DNA of 64,000 nt from Ostreococcus lucimarinus (Eukaryota). Positions 29,239 through 38,105 of the stretch are shown in pieces. The stretch lies in the NCBI GenBank assembly GCA_000092065.1, contig CP000582.1. One strand, written 5' to 3'. Positions within the stretch are counted from its first letter, which is position 1; the number at the start of each line of letters is the position of its first letter. The notes under the pieces were generated by a model, which made no database searches, was not told the DNA's origin, and saw only the letters and a program-made list of their open reading frames with translations. Both the position numbers and the translations under genes were made by a program.

Positions 29239-29829
29239 CTAAACAAAGTATTTCGCCATCTGAATCTCCTTCCTCACGTATCCGCATCGCTCATAAAATC
29301 CGGCGTTTGCCTCCGAGCAGTCCAGAATCACCTTGTAACAACCGGCAAACTCCGCCGCCTTCGTCAACGCTTCAATGATTACCCTACCCAGATCCTTGCC
29401 TCGTTCGTTCGAATCCACCACTACGTCTTCAATGTGTCCACACGTCCCGCAATTCCGCGTAAACTTTCGTTCGAGCAGCAGCGTCCCGCTCGCCACCACG
29501 CGCGTCCCGCACGCGCTCTCGATCACGTACACGTACTCCGGGCCATCCGCGATCGCGCGGAAGCGACGCTTAAAATCGCCCTCGCCGACCGTGGTGAGTT
29601 GACTCAGAAGTGCGCGGAAGCCCTTGCGGTCGTCGTCGGCGCGCAATCGGCGCACGGTGATCGGGGAGGCGTCGGGACCGGCTTTATGGTTAGTCACTCG
29701 GAGTCGCCTGGGCGGCGCCCGGAGCGAGTCCCTGATGCGGTTGATGCGCCGGAACAGCGCGCTGGTGAACAAACCGAGGACGAATGTGAAGGAGCCGCGC
29801 TTGGAGACGTACATGGCGGCACCGGACAT
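29239..29829 (-). CDS. GNA1: Glucosamine-6-phosphate N-acetyltransferase (GNA1, GNAT family)
   Basis: GNAT motifs with GNA1-specific residues: VRRLRADD, GHIEDVVVDSNERGKDLG, CYKVILDCSEANAGFYERCGY. The N-terminus has a hydrophobic segment (FTFVLGLFTSALF). Confidence 0.65.
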   Translation of the reverse strand: MSGAAMYVSKRGSFTFVLGLFTSALFRRINRIRDSLRAPPRRLRVTNHKAGPDASPITVRRLRADDDRKGFRALLSQLTTVGEGDFKRRFRAIADGPEYVYVIESACGTRVVASGTLLLERKFTRNCGTCGHIEDVVVDSNERGKDLGRVIIEALTKAAEFAGCYKVILDCSEANAGFYERCGYVRKEIQMAKYFV

Positions 29830-29947
29830 GACTGCGTTCGGGACGCGCGAGGCGAAGACTGGCGAGCGGCGGTTACCAAACGTCGAGAAAGGCTCTGACT
29901 AGGAATGAATGTCACTATTAAATGAACGCGCGAATGCGTTCAGTCGT

Positions 29948-31360
29948 TTAGGGCTGCGTCGATTCTACGTCGTTTTCCGCGAGGTCGTCGTCGCCGATGC
30001 ACTTGATGGAGCCGCACCAAAGCCCGCCCGCATCGTCGTCGATGTACAGCTCGAGCGCGGCGGAGATCAGGACGAAGGCTGAGCTCGCCCAGAAGCATGC
30101 GGCGAAACCTTCGACGGTGGAGCCGACGTAGGAGTAAAGCGCGCCGCTAATGATGGTGCCTATGAGTCGGCCGAATGCGTTGGCCATGTAATAAAAGCCG
30201 ACGTTTATCGCCACCTTGTTTCCGTCGGCGTACTTGACCACCAAGTAGGAATGAATGGCTGAGTTCACGGCGAATAAATACGCGAAGACGAAGACACCGA
30301 CAAAGATGACGACCGTTTTCGTCGTCGTCGCGCCCGAATGGTTTTGAAACGCGCTCGATTGTATGAAACCACCGAGGAAGAGCGGTACGCTCACCAGCGC
30401 CACGTTCCAAATCACCGCCACGTGCTTGTTCGGCGGATTTTGATTGAGCGGTTTGAGAAACAGTTGCGGCGTCCACGCTTGCAACTGCCCGTAAACGATG
30501 ATATAGCCCGCGAGAAGCGCACCGACGGCAGAGCGCGGCCAACCCATTCCCTCGGCGCTTCGCAAGAAGAACGGCAGCGGCACCTCAAACCACAAATCTC
30601 GGCTCCCGAACAAAAACATCCGACTCAGCGAGAGAATGTTCATATTATAGCTTTGTTTAAACACCGTACTCATGGTGATGTTCGCCTTCGCCACTCGACC
30701 GAGGGAATTATCCAGTCCGAACACCGCGAACGGTAACGCCGCGGCGACGAGCGCGATTTGCATCCAAAGCGCCGCCTCGTAACTCACCCCGAGCATCGCC
30801 GCGCCGATGAAGTACCCCACCCCCTTAAAGCTATTCTTCAATCCGGTGATCGCGCTCACGAGCTTGAATAACGACTTTTGCTTATCCTCAGGCGTCACGA
30901 GTTTCGTCACCGTCTTCCCTCCCAGCTTCGTCAAGTCCTTCGCGACGCCGCAAATCGCCTGCGCGACGGTGACGAACGCGATCGCCTCGCGCTTCGACCA
31001 CCCGTCGTCCCACGCGAACAGCATCCCCAACCCCACCACTTGCAATCCCAGCCCCGCGCACAGCGTCTGTCGCACCCCAAATCGCGCGCCCGCGACGCCG
31101 GCGCACAGATTCGTCGCCGCGCCGCACAATTCGTACAGCGTAAACATCGTCGCCACCTCCATCGCCTCGAACCCTCGCGCGTACGCGTGCATGAGCACCA
31201 GCATCCGCACCGCGCCGTCCGTCATCGTAAACAGAACGTATGAGATGGAGATCACCGCGAACGGACCCAGGAACGTTTTCTTCGCCTCGCGCGCCGCTCG
31301 TCCGTCGTCCATCGCGCGCGCGCGCGTCGCCGATGCGGCGTCCGGTCGGCCGTCCGCCAT
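29948..31360 (-). CDS. Major facilitator superfamily (MFS)-type transporter
   Basis: About 12 predicted TM helices in 470 aa with the paired 6+6 arrangement and a central hydrophilic loop (KLVTPEDKQKSLFK). The N-terminus is Arg-rich. No subfamily assignment from sequence alone. Confidence 0.5.
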   Translation of the reverse strand: MADGRPDAASATRARAMDDGRAAREAKKTFLGPFAVISISYVLFTMTDGAVRMLVLMHAYARGFEAMEVATMFTLYELCGAATNLCAGVAGARFGVRQTLCAGLGLQVVGLGMLFAWDDGWSKREAIAFVTVAQAICGVAKDLTKLGGKTVTKLVTPEDKQKSLFKLVSAITGLKNSFKGVGYFIGAAMLGVSYEAALWMQIALVAAALPFAVFGLDNSLGRVAKANITMSTVFKQSYNMNILSLSRMFLFGSRDLWFEVPLPFFLRSAEGMGWPRSAVGALLAGYIIVYGQLQAWTPQLFLKPLNQNPPNKHVAVIWNVALVSVPLFLGGFIQSSAFQNHSGATTTKTVVIFVGVFVFAYLFAVNSAIHSYLVVKYADGNKVAINVGFYYMANAFGRLIGTIISGALYSYVGSTVEGFAACFWASSAFVLISAALELYIDDDAGGLWCGSIKCIGDDDLAENDVESTQP

Positions 31361-31570
31361 CGTCCGCGAAACGTCCTCGCGCGGCCAGCGATCGCGCGTT
31401 TCCGGCGCGCGCGCGCGAGCGAGAAATCACCGCCCGCGCGCCCGCGCGCCGCGCGACGCGCGCGTCGAGCGCGCGTCCCGCGCGATTCCGGCGCGCGTCG
31501 AGAGGTGAGGAATATTCCCGTCGAACTTCGTAACGACTCGAATCGTCACATCGCGACGACTTCTCGAGGC

Positions 31571-32965
31571 ATGCCGCGCGTGCGCGCGCTCGCGGACGCG
31601 CGCGATCTGACGAATAAAATCGTTCTCGTCCGCGTCGATCACAACTGCGTGAAGCGCGGCGTCGTGCGCGACGTGCACAGGATCGAACAGTCGCTGCCGA
31701 CGCTGTACAACATCGTCGAGCGCGGCGGACGACCGATCCTGATGACGCACGTCAATCGACCGCGAAGCGCGAAGACGGGGGAGATCGCGCGCGATGACGA
31801 CGAGGACGGCGTGGCGGCGATCGTGGACGTGCTGCGGATGAAACTGGGGGTGACGTTCGCGGCGCCGAGCTTTCGAAGCGACGGCGCGCGAGGGATACGA
31901 AGCGTGGACACGAGCGTGAACTTCTTGCTGGACGATCTGCGAGCGCGGAGGATCGGAGGGATATACCTGCCGAACACGCGGTGGTTCGAGGGCGAAGAGG
32001 CGGGAGAGGGGACGGAGGCGTACGAGGCGCTGGCGAGACAGCTGGCGGGGTTGGCGGACGTGTACGTGAACGACGCGTTCGGGTCGTGGCAGGCGCACGC
32101 GTCGACGGTTGGGATCACGAAATACTTGCCGAGTTACGCCGGGTTGTTGATGCAGAAGGAGCTGCGCGCGGTGGAGGCGGTGCTGAATCCGAAGCGACCG
32201 TTCGTCGCCGTCGTGGCGGGGGCCAAGGTGGACACGAAGCTCGGAACGCTCAAGGCGGTGGCGGCGCGGTGCGATTCGTTGATTCTCGGTGGAGTGGTTT
32301 ATAACGCGTATTTATGCGCAAAGTATGACATCGAGGTCGAAGGCGTGAGCGAGGGGGACGTGGAGCTGGCGAGGGAGCTTCTGTCGCCCGAGGCGCAGGC
32401 GAAAATCATCGAGCTCCCGGTGGTTGTGGAATCCACGTCGCTCAAAGGGTGCGGTTGCATCCCTAAAGAGGGCGAGTGCGGAGACCCGAAAGAAACGCTA
32501 GGGGCCACGCGCGCGCTTCGAGTGAGCGATCTCCAGCGCGGGGCTAGTTACGGATACTTTCTCGACGTCGCCGCGAGTTCGTTTGAAGACGAAAAGGTGA
32601 AAAACGCTCTGCACGGAGCAAAGTGTATCTTCGTCAACGCCGTCATGGGGTTCACATCCAGTGGATTTCACGAAGGCACGACCGCGCTGGATCACGCCAT
32701 CGCGGCGAATAAGGGCGCGCGTAAATATTTTGGCGGCGGCGACACGATTCAAGAGTTCAAGTCGCTCACGCCCGCGCTGTACTTATCTGCCGCCGTAGAC
32801 CCGACGTTTTACTTATTCACCGGTGGTGGTACCGTGCTCAGAGCGTTAGAGTTGGGTGGCGCCGAAAAATTGGAAACTGTGCAGTGTCTCATGGCGGATG
32901 ACGACGAGGAGATTGAGCCGCACGCCGAACCAAAGTGCATGCGATTCGCCGATTGCGCGTGTTAG
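31571..32965 (+). CDS. Phosphoglycerate kinase family protein (divergent, with insertions)
   Basis: PGK N-domain motifs are present but altered: KIVLVRVDHNCV (compare RVDFNVP) and RPILMTHVNRP (compare ILxSHLGRP). C-domain nucleotide-binding motifs: GFTSSGFHEGT, YFGGGDTIQEFKSL, FTGGGTVLRALELG. The 465 aa length is 50-60 aa longer than canonical PGK. Start at Met 31571. Confidence 0.55.
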   Translation: MPRVRALADARDLTNKIVLVRVDHNCVKRGVVRDVHRIEQSLPTLYNIVERGGRPILMTHVNRPRSAKTGEIARDDDEDGVAAIVDVLRMKLGVTFAAPSFRSDGARGIRSVDTSVNFLLDDLRARRIGGIYLPNTRWFEGEEAGEGTEAYEALARQLAGLADVYVNDAFGSWQAHASTVGITKYLPSYAGLLMQKELRAVEAVLNPKRPFVAVVAGAKVDTKLGTLKAVAARCDSLILGGVVYNAYLCAKYDIEVEGVSEGDVELARELLSPEAQAKIIELPVVVESTSLKGCGCIPKEGECGDPKETLGATRALRVSDLQRGASYGYFLDVAASSFEDEKVKNALHGAKCIFVNAVMGFTSSGFHEGTTALDHAIAANKGARKYFGGGDTIQEFKSLTPALYLSAAVDPTFYLFTGGGTVLRALELGGAEKLETVQCLMADDDEEIEPHAEPKCMRFADCAC

Positions 32966-33048
32966 AGACGCTCATTCGTGTAATAAATAGTATTCATATT
33001 GAAATTCTTCGAAGGTTCGCTACGTCTAAACCGACGAGTAGCGCTTTC

Positions 33049-34113
33049 TTACAACGACGCGGCGACCATTTTCACGCAGTCGACCATGCGACAGCTGTAG
33101 CCGTACTCGTTGTCGTACCAAACGTAAAGCTTCAAGTGCGTGCCGTCGACGACCATCGTGGACTGCGCGTCGACAATGCCCGATCGCGGATCGTTGACGA
33201 AATCCGTGGACACGAGAGGTTGTTCTTCGTAACCCATGATGCCGACCAAAGGTCCTTCCTCGGATTTCGCCTTGAGCAAGGCGTTCACCTCTTCCACCGT
33301 CACCGCGCGCTTGGTCTCGAGAACGATATCCGTCAGAGACCCGTTGATGAGCGGCACGCGCACCGCGAGTCCGTTCAATTTACCCTTGAGTTCCGGAATG
33401 ATGAGCTGCACCGCCGTGGCGCTCCCCGTGGACGTCGGCGCCAAGTTTACCAACCCGCTCCTCGCCCGTCTCAAATCATCCTTCTTCGTGTTCGGCGCGT
33501 CCACCATCGACTGCGTGTTCGTCACGTTATGCACCGTCGTTATGCTTCCCCGATGCACCCCGATCTCCTTATGAATCGTGTAAATCACCGGCGCGATGCA
33601 ATTCGTCGTGCACGACGCCGCCGTCACCACTCGATGCTTCTCCGCGTCGTACTCCCCGTGATTCACCCCGTACACCACGTTCAGCGCCCCCTCGCACTTC
33701 ACCGGCGCCGACACCACCACCTTCTTCACCACCCCCCCGTGTTTCTCGCCGAAATACGCGCTCTCGAGCTTTTTCATCTTCAAAAACGCCCCCGTGCACT
33801 CCATCACCACCTCGCACCCCGCGCTCGACCACGGCGCGTCCTCCGGATCCTCGCACGCGCTGAACCCGATCCTGCGCTCCTCCCCGGCGTCCCCGACGAC
33901 CAAACACCGCGCGCCCTCGTCGTACCGCAGCGTTTTCGTCCATCGTCCGTGCACCGAGTCGAACTCGCCGAGGTACGCGCACGACGCCCCCGACCCGGGC
34001 GTCTCGTTCACGTGCACCACCTCGAGCGTCGGGTCGTCATACGCCACGCGAAACGCCAGCCGACCGATGCGACCGAAGCCGTTTATCCCCACTCTCGTCC
34101 TCGCGCGCGGCAT
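33049..34113 (-). CDS. GAPDH: Glyceraldehyde-3-phosphate dehydrogenase (GAPDH)
   Basis: MPRARTRVGINGFGRIGRLAFR (NAD-binding GxGxxG), ASCTTNCIAPV (catalytic Cys), and WYDNEYGYSCRMVD at the C-terminus. The 354-aa protein is taken from Met at 34113; the upstream part of ORF 33049..35334 is Arg-rich filler. Confidence 0.8.
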   Translation of the reverse strand: MPRARTRVGINGFGRIGRLAFRVAYDDPTLEVVHVNETPGSGASCAYLGEFDSVHGRWTKTLRYDEGARCLVVGDAGEERRIGFSACEDPEDAPWSSAGCEVVMECTGAFLKMKKLESAYFGEKHGGVVKKVVVSAPVKCEGALNVVYGVNHGEYDAEKHRVVTAASCTTNCIAPVIYTIHKEIGVHRGSITTVHNVTNTQSMVDAPNTKKDDLRRARSGLVNLAPTSTGSATAVQLIIPELKGKLNGLAVRVPLINGSLTDIVLETKRAVTVEEVNALLKAKSEEGPLVGIMGYEEQPLVSTDFVNDPRSGIVDAQSTMVVDGTHLKLYVWYDNEYGYSCRMVDCVKMVAASL

Positions 34114-34491
34114 CGTCGCGCGTCGCGCGTCGACGTCGTCGATCGATCGCGCGCGTTCGAGTGACGATTGGAATATTCCGCCGTCGCGCGCGATCGACGC
34201 CTCGACGCGGTCGTCGATCGACGAGTCGAGGTTCGACGAGATCGATCGATCGACGCGACGCGGTTCGAGCGCGCGCGCGTCGGCCCTGGATGTCTGAAAC
34301 GAGACTCGGTTCACACACGGATTTCGGGACGACGCATCGCCATCCGGTCGCGGTCGACGCGGCGCGCGCGCGCGACGCGCGCGCGAGACGCGCGCGCGCA
34401 TCGCGAGCGGCGCGCGAGCGAGGCGCACGCGAGGCACGCGCGCGCGAGATCGACGCGGTCGAGCGCGACGGGAAACGCGCGCGCGAAGGCG

Positions 34492-35277
34492 ATGATGTCG
34501 ACGACGCTGGGGCGATCGGTGGTGGCGACGACGACGCGACGCGGCGACGCGGCGCGAGCGCGGGCGAAGAAGAAACGGAGCGGCGGCGGACGGTCGGGGA
34601 ACGATGATTACGCGCAGGATTTCGCGCTGTATGGGTCGTTCGATGAGTCGTACACCGAGGGCGCGGGGTTGTTGCTCGGGAAGGGGGAGCTGCGGTCGAG
34701 CGGGACGCGCGCGAAGGGGCGGTCGGGAGCGGGATACGACGCCGTCGCGGGCGTGCTCGACGCGCTGGCGGAGGTGAAGAGTGAGAGGAAGTCGCGGGGG
34801 GGAGGAGGGAGGCGCTACGATGCGTATGGGGATGATGACGAGGACGCGGCGGACGAGGGCGCGGCGGCGGACGGGACGGCGGCGGGCGAGGGCGAAGACT
34901 TTGACGCGGAATCCGCGCCGAAGGCGAAGGCTCGACCGGTGCGATCGGCGCCCGCGATGGCGGCGCGACCGGTGCCGACGCAACCGCAAGCGCCGAGACC
35001 GAAACCGAAGGTTGTGGTGAAACCGAAGAAACCGGCGCCGGCGGCGACGATGGATCCGGCGCAGACCAAGGCCAAGGCGAGCCAAACTTTGAGCAAGTGG
35101 GGTTTCTCCGCGAGCGACGTGGAGACGGCGATCGAGGCGACGAGCGCGAGCGCTGGCGACGGCGCGACGGCGAAAAAACGGCAAATTGCCGCGCTCGATT
35201 GGATGTTGGCGAATTTGCCCATCGACGACGTGCCGGATGAATATAAATTGGAGGCGCAACAGGCTCAATCCGCGTGA
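34492..35277 (+). CDS. Hypothetical low-complexity protein with conserved C-terminal helical segment
   Basis: Start at MMSTTLGR (34492). The body is Ala/Gly/Asp/Lys-rich. The C-terminus (KASQTLSKWGFSASDVETAIEATSASAGDGATAKKRQIAALDWMLANLPIDDVPDEYKLE) looks like a small UBA/CUE-like helical domain. The call is weak. Confidence 0.3.
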   Translation: MMSTTLGRSVVATTTRRGDAARARAKKKRSGGGRSGNDDYAQDFALYGSFDESYTEGAGLLLGKGELRSSGTRAKGRSGAGYDAVAGVLDALAEVKSERKSRGGGGRRYDAYGDDDEDAADEGAAADGTAAGEGEDFDAESAPKAKARPVRSAPAMAARPVPTQPQAPRPKPKVVVKPKKPAPAATMDPAQTKAKASQTLSKWGFSASDVETAIEATSASAGDGATAKKRQIAALDWMLANLPIDDVPDEYKLEAQQAQSA

Positions 35278-35349
35278 TTCAATCGATCGATTCTTTTGTA
35301 ATACAGAGTACGAACAAGCAGTAGAAAACAACAAACGTTTCGACGAATT

Positions 35350-36770
35350 TTAAAACTCGCGATCGGGGAAAAGCGCTGGGGCGATGAGGCACCACAGGTA
35401 AATCGCGCCCGTCGCCCAGACGCTAAAGAATTTCACCCACACGCTCGCCCAGCCGCTGCCGATCGCTTCGGTGTCGTCCTCGTGTCTGGTGCCCCAACCC
35501 GTGAGTAACATTGACGTGTACATCGCGGCTAGGGCAAACATCAAATGGAAAAAGCTATAGTTGTACTTGACTGGACCGGAAGCGTCGCCTTCGCTCGCTT
35601 CCTCTTCGTCGCCGTCGTTGAGCGCCTCGCGAAGCTCGCTCTGAAAACTCTCGTCGACTTCCATGTCCCAAAAGTTGCTCTCCCCGGCGCGCATGGCGGC
35701 GTACACCACCGAGACGAGCGTAAACGCGGTCGTGACTAAGTTTGCCGGTTTCTTCAACTCCTCGTTGGCGTCGATGAAAGAGCGCGGACGACAGGCGTAC
35801 GTCGACGGTTCCGAAGTCAAAGCCGAGTAGCACAAGTACGTGCAGTACAGCGTCACGGCCGCGGACGGTAACAAGCACCCCTCACGCGCGGCCGGGTGAA
35901 GCGTGATGACCGTCAAGACGACGCACAAAACCACCGTGCAAGTAATCATCGCGATGTTTCGATGACACTCTCGATTCGGGGCGTACGACTCGTACATCTC
36001 CACAAACAACGCCACAGACGTCGCGTACATCGCGAGCGTCGACACCAACAGCCCCGCGACCCAACCCCAATGCTCACCGCTCGCCCAGGATTCGTTCCAC
36101 GCGAACGCAAAGTCCAAGACGATGATCATCTGAATCACCAAGAAGAGCCCCGATCCCAGTCGCGCCGCCGCCGCGTACGCCTCCATTCCCTCATCCGTCG
36201 CCCACAGAAAGAAGAACGCGTGCAGCGCGACGAACGCCAGCACCTTCAACATCCAATTCCCTCGATGCAACGCCTTATCGCGAAAATCGGAACGATCTTT
36301 CGTCCCGATCAACGCCGCGCTCATCGCGAAGAAGAACGTCGACGTCGCGCACGACGCTCGATACACCGCCTGCGTCTTAAACCACGCCGCGCTCGCGCGT
36401 CCGTTCGCCCCGATCCCTGCGCGCGCATCCCACGTTCGATCGTTCGCATCGTCAGTCGCGCGTCACTTTGCGTCGCGCGCGTCCGCGCCGTTCCCGTCGT
36501 CTCGCCGCGCCGAATCTCAATCCAAATCCGTTCCCCTCGCGCCTCGCCTCGCCTCGCCTCGCCGCCGCACGCACAGCTCAACCGCTCGAGCGCCGTCTCG
36601 GAGCCGTAATCGCGCAGCGCCCACTTCAGCGCGACCGCGCACGCGAACATCGCCGCGTGCGTCGCGCGCGCGGGCGGCGACTTTGGCATCGCCGCGCACA
36701 CCGACGACCCGACGCACGACCCCAGGCACGACATCGCGGGCGTCGCGACGCACGCGAGGAGCGATGCCAT
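35350..36770 (-). CDS. SERINC: Serine incorporator (SERINC/TMS) membrane protein, at least two exons
   Basis: ORF 35350..36366 matches SERINC from about residue 90 to the C-terminus (AVYRASCATSTFFFAMS compares with AVYRISFAMAIFFF; FAWNESW compares with FAHSWNESW; the terminal WVKFFSVWATGAIYLWCLIAPALF compares with [23 protein letters not shown]). The Cys-rich N-terminus (MASLLACVATPAMSCLGSCVGSSVCAAMPKSPPARATHAAMFACAVALKW...LSCACGGE) is in another frame starting at ATG 36770. There is an acceptor at ...TTTAAGACGCAG|GCG GTG TAT. I could not find a phase-compatible GT donor, so it is probably a GC donor or a second small intron. Internal junctions are unresolved. Confidence 0.55.
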
Positions 36771-36893
36771 CGCGCGCGCGTCGACGCGCGACGCGCGCGC
36801 GACGGCCGCGTCGCGCGAAGCGACGTAAAGTGACGCGTCGATTCGTCTCAACGCTAACCGTCGCGTCAGAGCGCGACGACGCGCGCGCGACGG

Positions 36894-37988
36894 ATGTCGA
36901 CGCTCGACGCGCTCGAGCGATGCGCGAGAGAAACGCGCGAGTACGTCGGCGCGCGCGTGACGCGCGCGACGTCGCCGCCGAGCGCGCTGGCGTTCGCGAT
37001 GGCGCACATCGCGGCGAACGTGCCGCTGTTGACGGCGAACGCGACGACGCACTGGCGCGCGCACGACGCGTGGCGCGCGAACGAGGGCGTGATGGAGGAT
37101 TTCGGAGGCCCCGATGCGGTCGTCGAGGTGAACGCGACGCCGAACGGGCGAGGAGACGCGGTGCACAGGGTGGAGAAAGATGGCTGGGCGCGACTCGGGA
37201 CGGGGACGCGGTGCGAGACGACGGGACGAGGCGAGACGCGCGACGCGTTCGACGCGTTCGTGGAGCCGGCGAAGAGGGAAATGACGATAAAGGAATTGTT
37301 TGAATCGCTCGAGGACGGCGCGGGGACGGGGACGGCGTGGTATCTGTCGGGGCAGAACGATAATTTGAGGTCGAGCGAAGCGTTGGCGCGCGCGGGCGCG
37401 CGAAACGACTTCGACGTCCCGTTCGCTCGCGAAGCGTTCGCGAGCGTGGGGAAAGCCGGTCGTGACGGTTTAGGGGAGGCAGTGAACCTGTGGATCGGGA
37501 ACGATGCGTCGCAGACGTCGTATCATCAGGATTTCTATGAGAATATTTACACCGTCGTGCGCGGGACGAAGGTCTTCTCGCTTCGACCGCCGTGCGACGT
37601 GTTCGACATGCGCGCGACGGAAGCGGTTCGCGGCGTGTTCGAAACCGACGACGCGCTCTCATGGCGAATTAAACTCCGTCCTTCGTTCGAACCGCGCGTT
37701 GTCTGGAGCGCGGTGGACCTCGATCCAGTCACGGGCGAGCCGATTTTCGGCGACGACGACGCGTTACGATACCGTCGACCGCGTCCCGAACCGTGCTTCG
37801 ACGTCGAAGTGCGCGCGGGCGAAACACTCTACATCCCCGCGATGTGGTTCCATCGCGTGCGTCAAAAAGGGATCGCGATCGCGGTGAATTCGTGGTTTGA
37901 CATGCATTTCGGCGACCGATACGCGACGCGTCCGCTGTGGGAGCCGTCGCGACGCTCCATGTCAAGTTCTAGCGTAACTCTAGCGTAA
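36894..37988 (+). CDS. JmjC-domain (cupin) protein, JMJD7-like
   Basis: JmjC core: LWIGNDASQTSYHQDFYENIYTVVRGTKVFSL (HxD/E metal triad region) and ETLYIPAMWFHRV. Upstream, VEVNATPNGRGDAVHRV parallels the JMJD7 pattern VSVAVTPDGYADAV. The stop codon lies inside the 11-bp tandem repeat. Confidence 0.55.
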   Translation: MSTLDALERCARETREYVGARVTRATSPPSALAFAMAHIAANVPLLTANATTHWRAHDAWRANEGVMEDFGGPDAVVEVNATPNGRGDAVHRVEKDGWARLGTGTRCETTGRGETRDAFDAFVEPAKREMTIKELFESLEDGAGTGTAWYLSGQNDNLRSSEALARAGARNDFDVPFAREAFASVGKAGRDGLGEAVNLWIGNDASQTSYHQDFYENIYTVVRGTKVFSLRPPCDVFDMRATEAVRGVFETDDALSWRIKLRPSFEPRVVWSAVDLDPVTGEPIFGDDDALRYRRPRPEPCFDVEVRAGETLYIPAMWFHRVRQKGIAIAVNSWFDMHFGDRYATRPLWEPSRRSMSSSSVTLA

Positions 37989-38013
37989 CTCTAGCGTAAC
38001 TCTAGCGTAACTC
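37970..38013. repeat. Tandem repeat (TAGCGTAACTC) x4, 11-bp unit
   Basis: Direct reading. Each unit carries TAG and TAA, so across the array there are stop codons in all three forward frames. The array overlaps the stop of the JmjC gene. Confidence 0.85.
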
Positions 38014-38105
38014 CGAACTCCACACCGCGCCTCGTCGGCGTCGCTCGTGAGACGGTAGACGGACGGACGTAGCGACGCACCTCGCGTCGTCGCTCGCGAG
38101 CGACG

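Noticed and set aside
34114-35334. Upstream 407 codons of the GAPDH ORF (33049..35334, minus)
   Set aside because: Arg/His-rich filler. The universally conserved GAPDH N-terminus MPRARTRVGINGFGRIGR starts at 34113, and the plus-strand gene at 34492..35277 occupies the same DNA.
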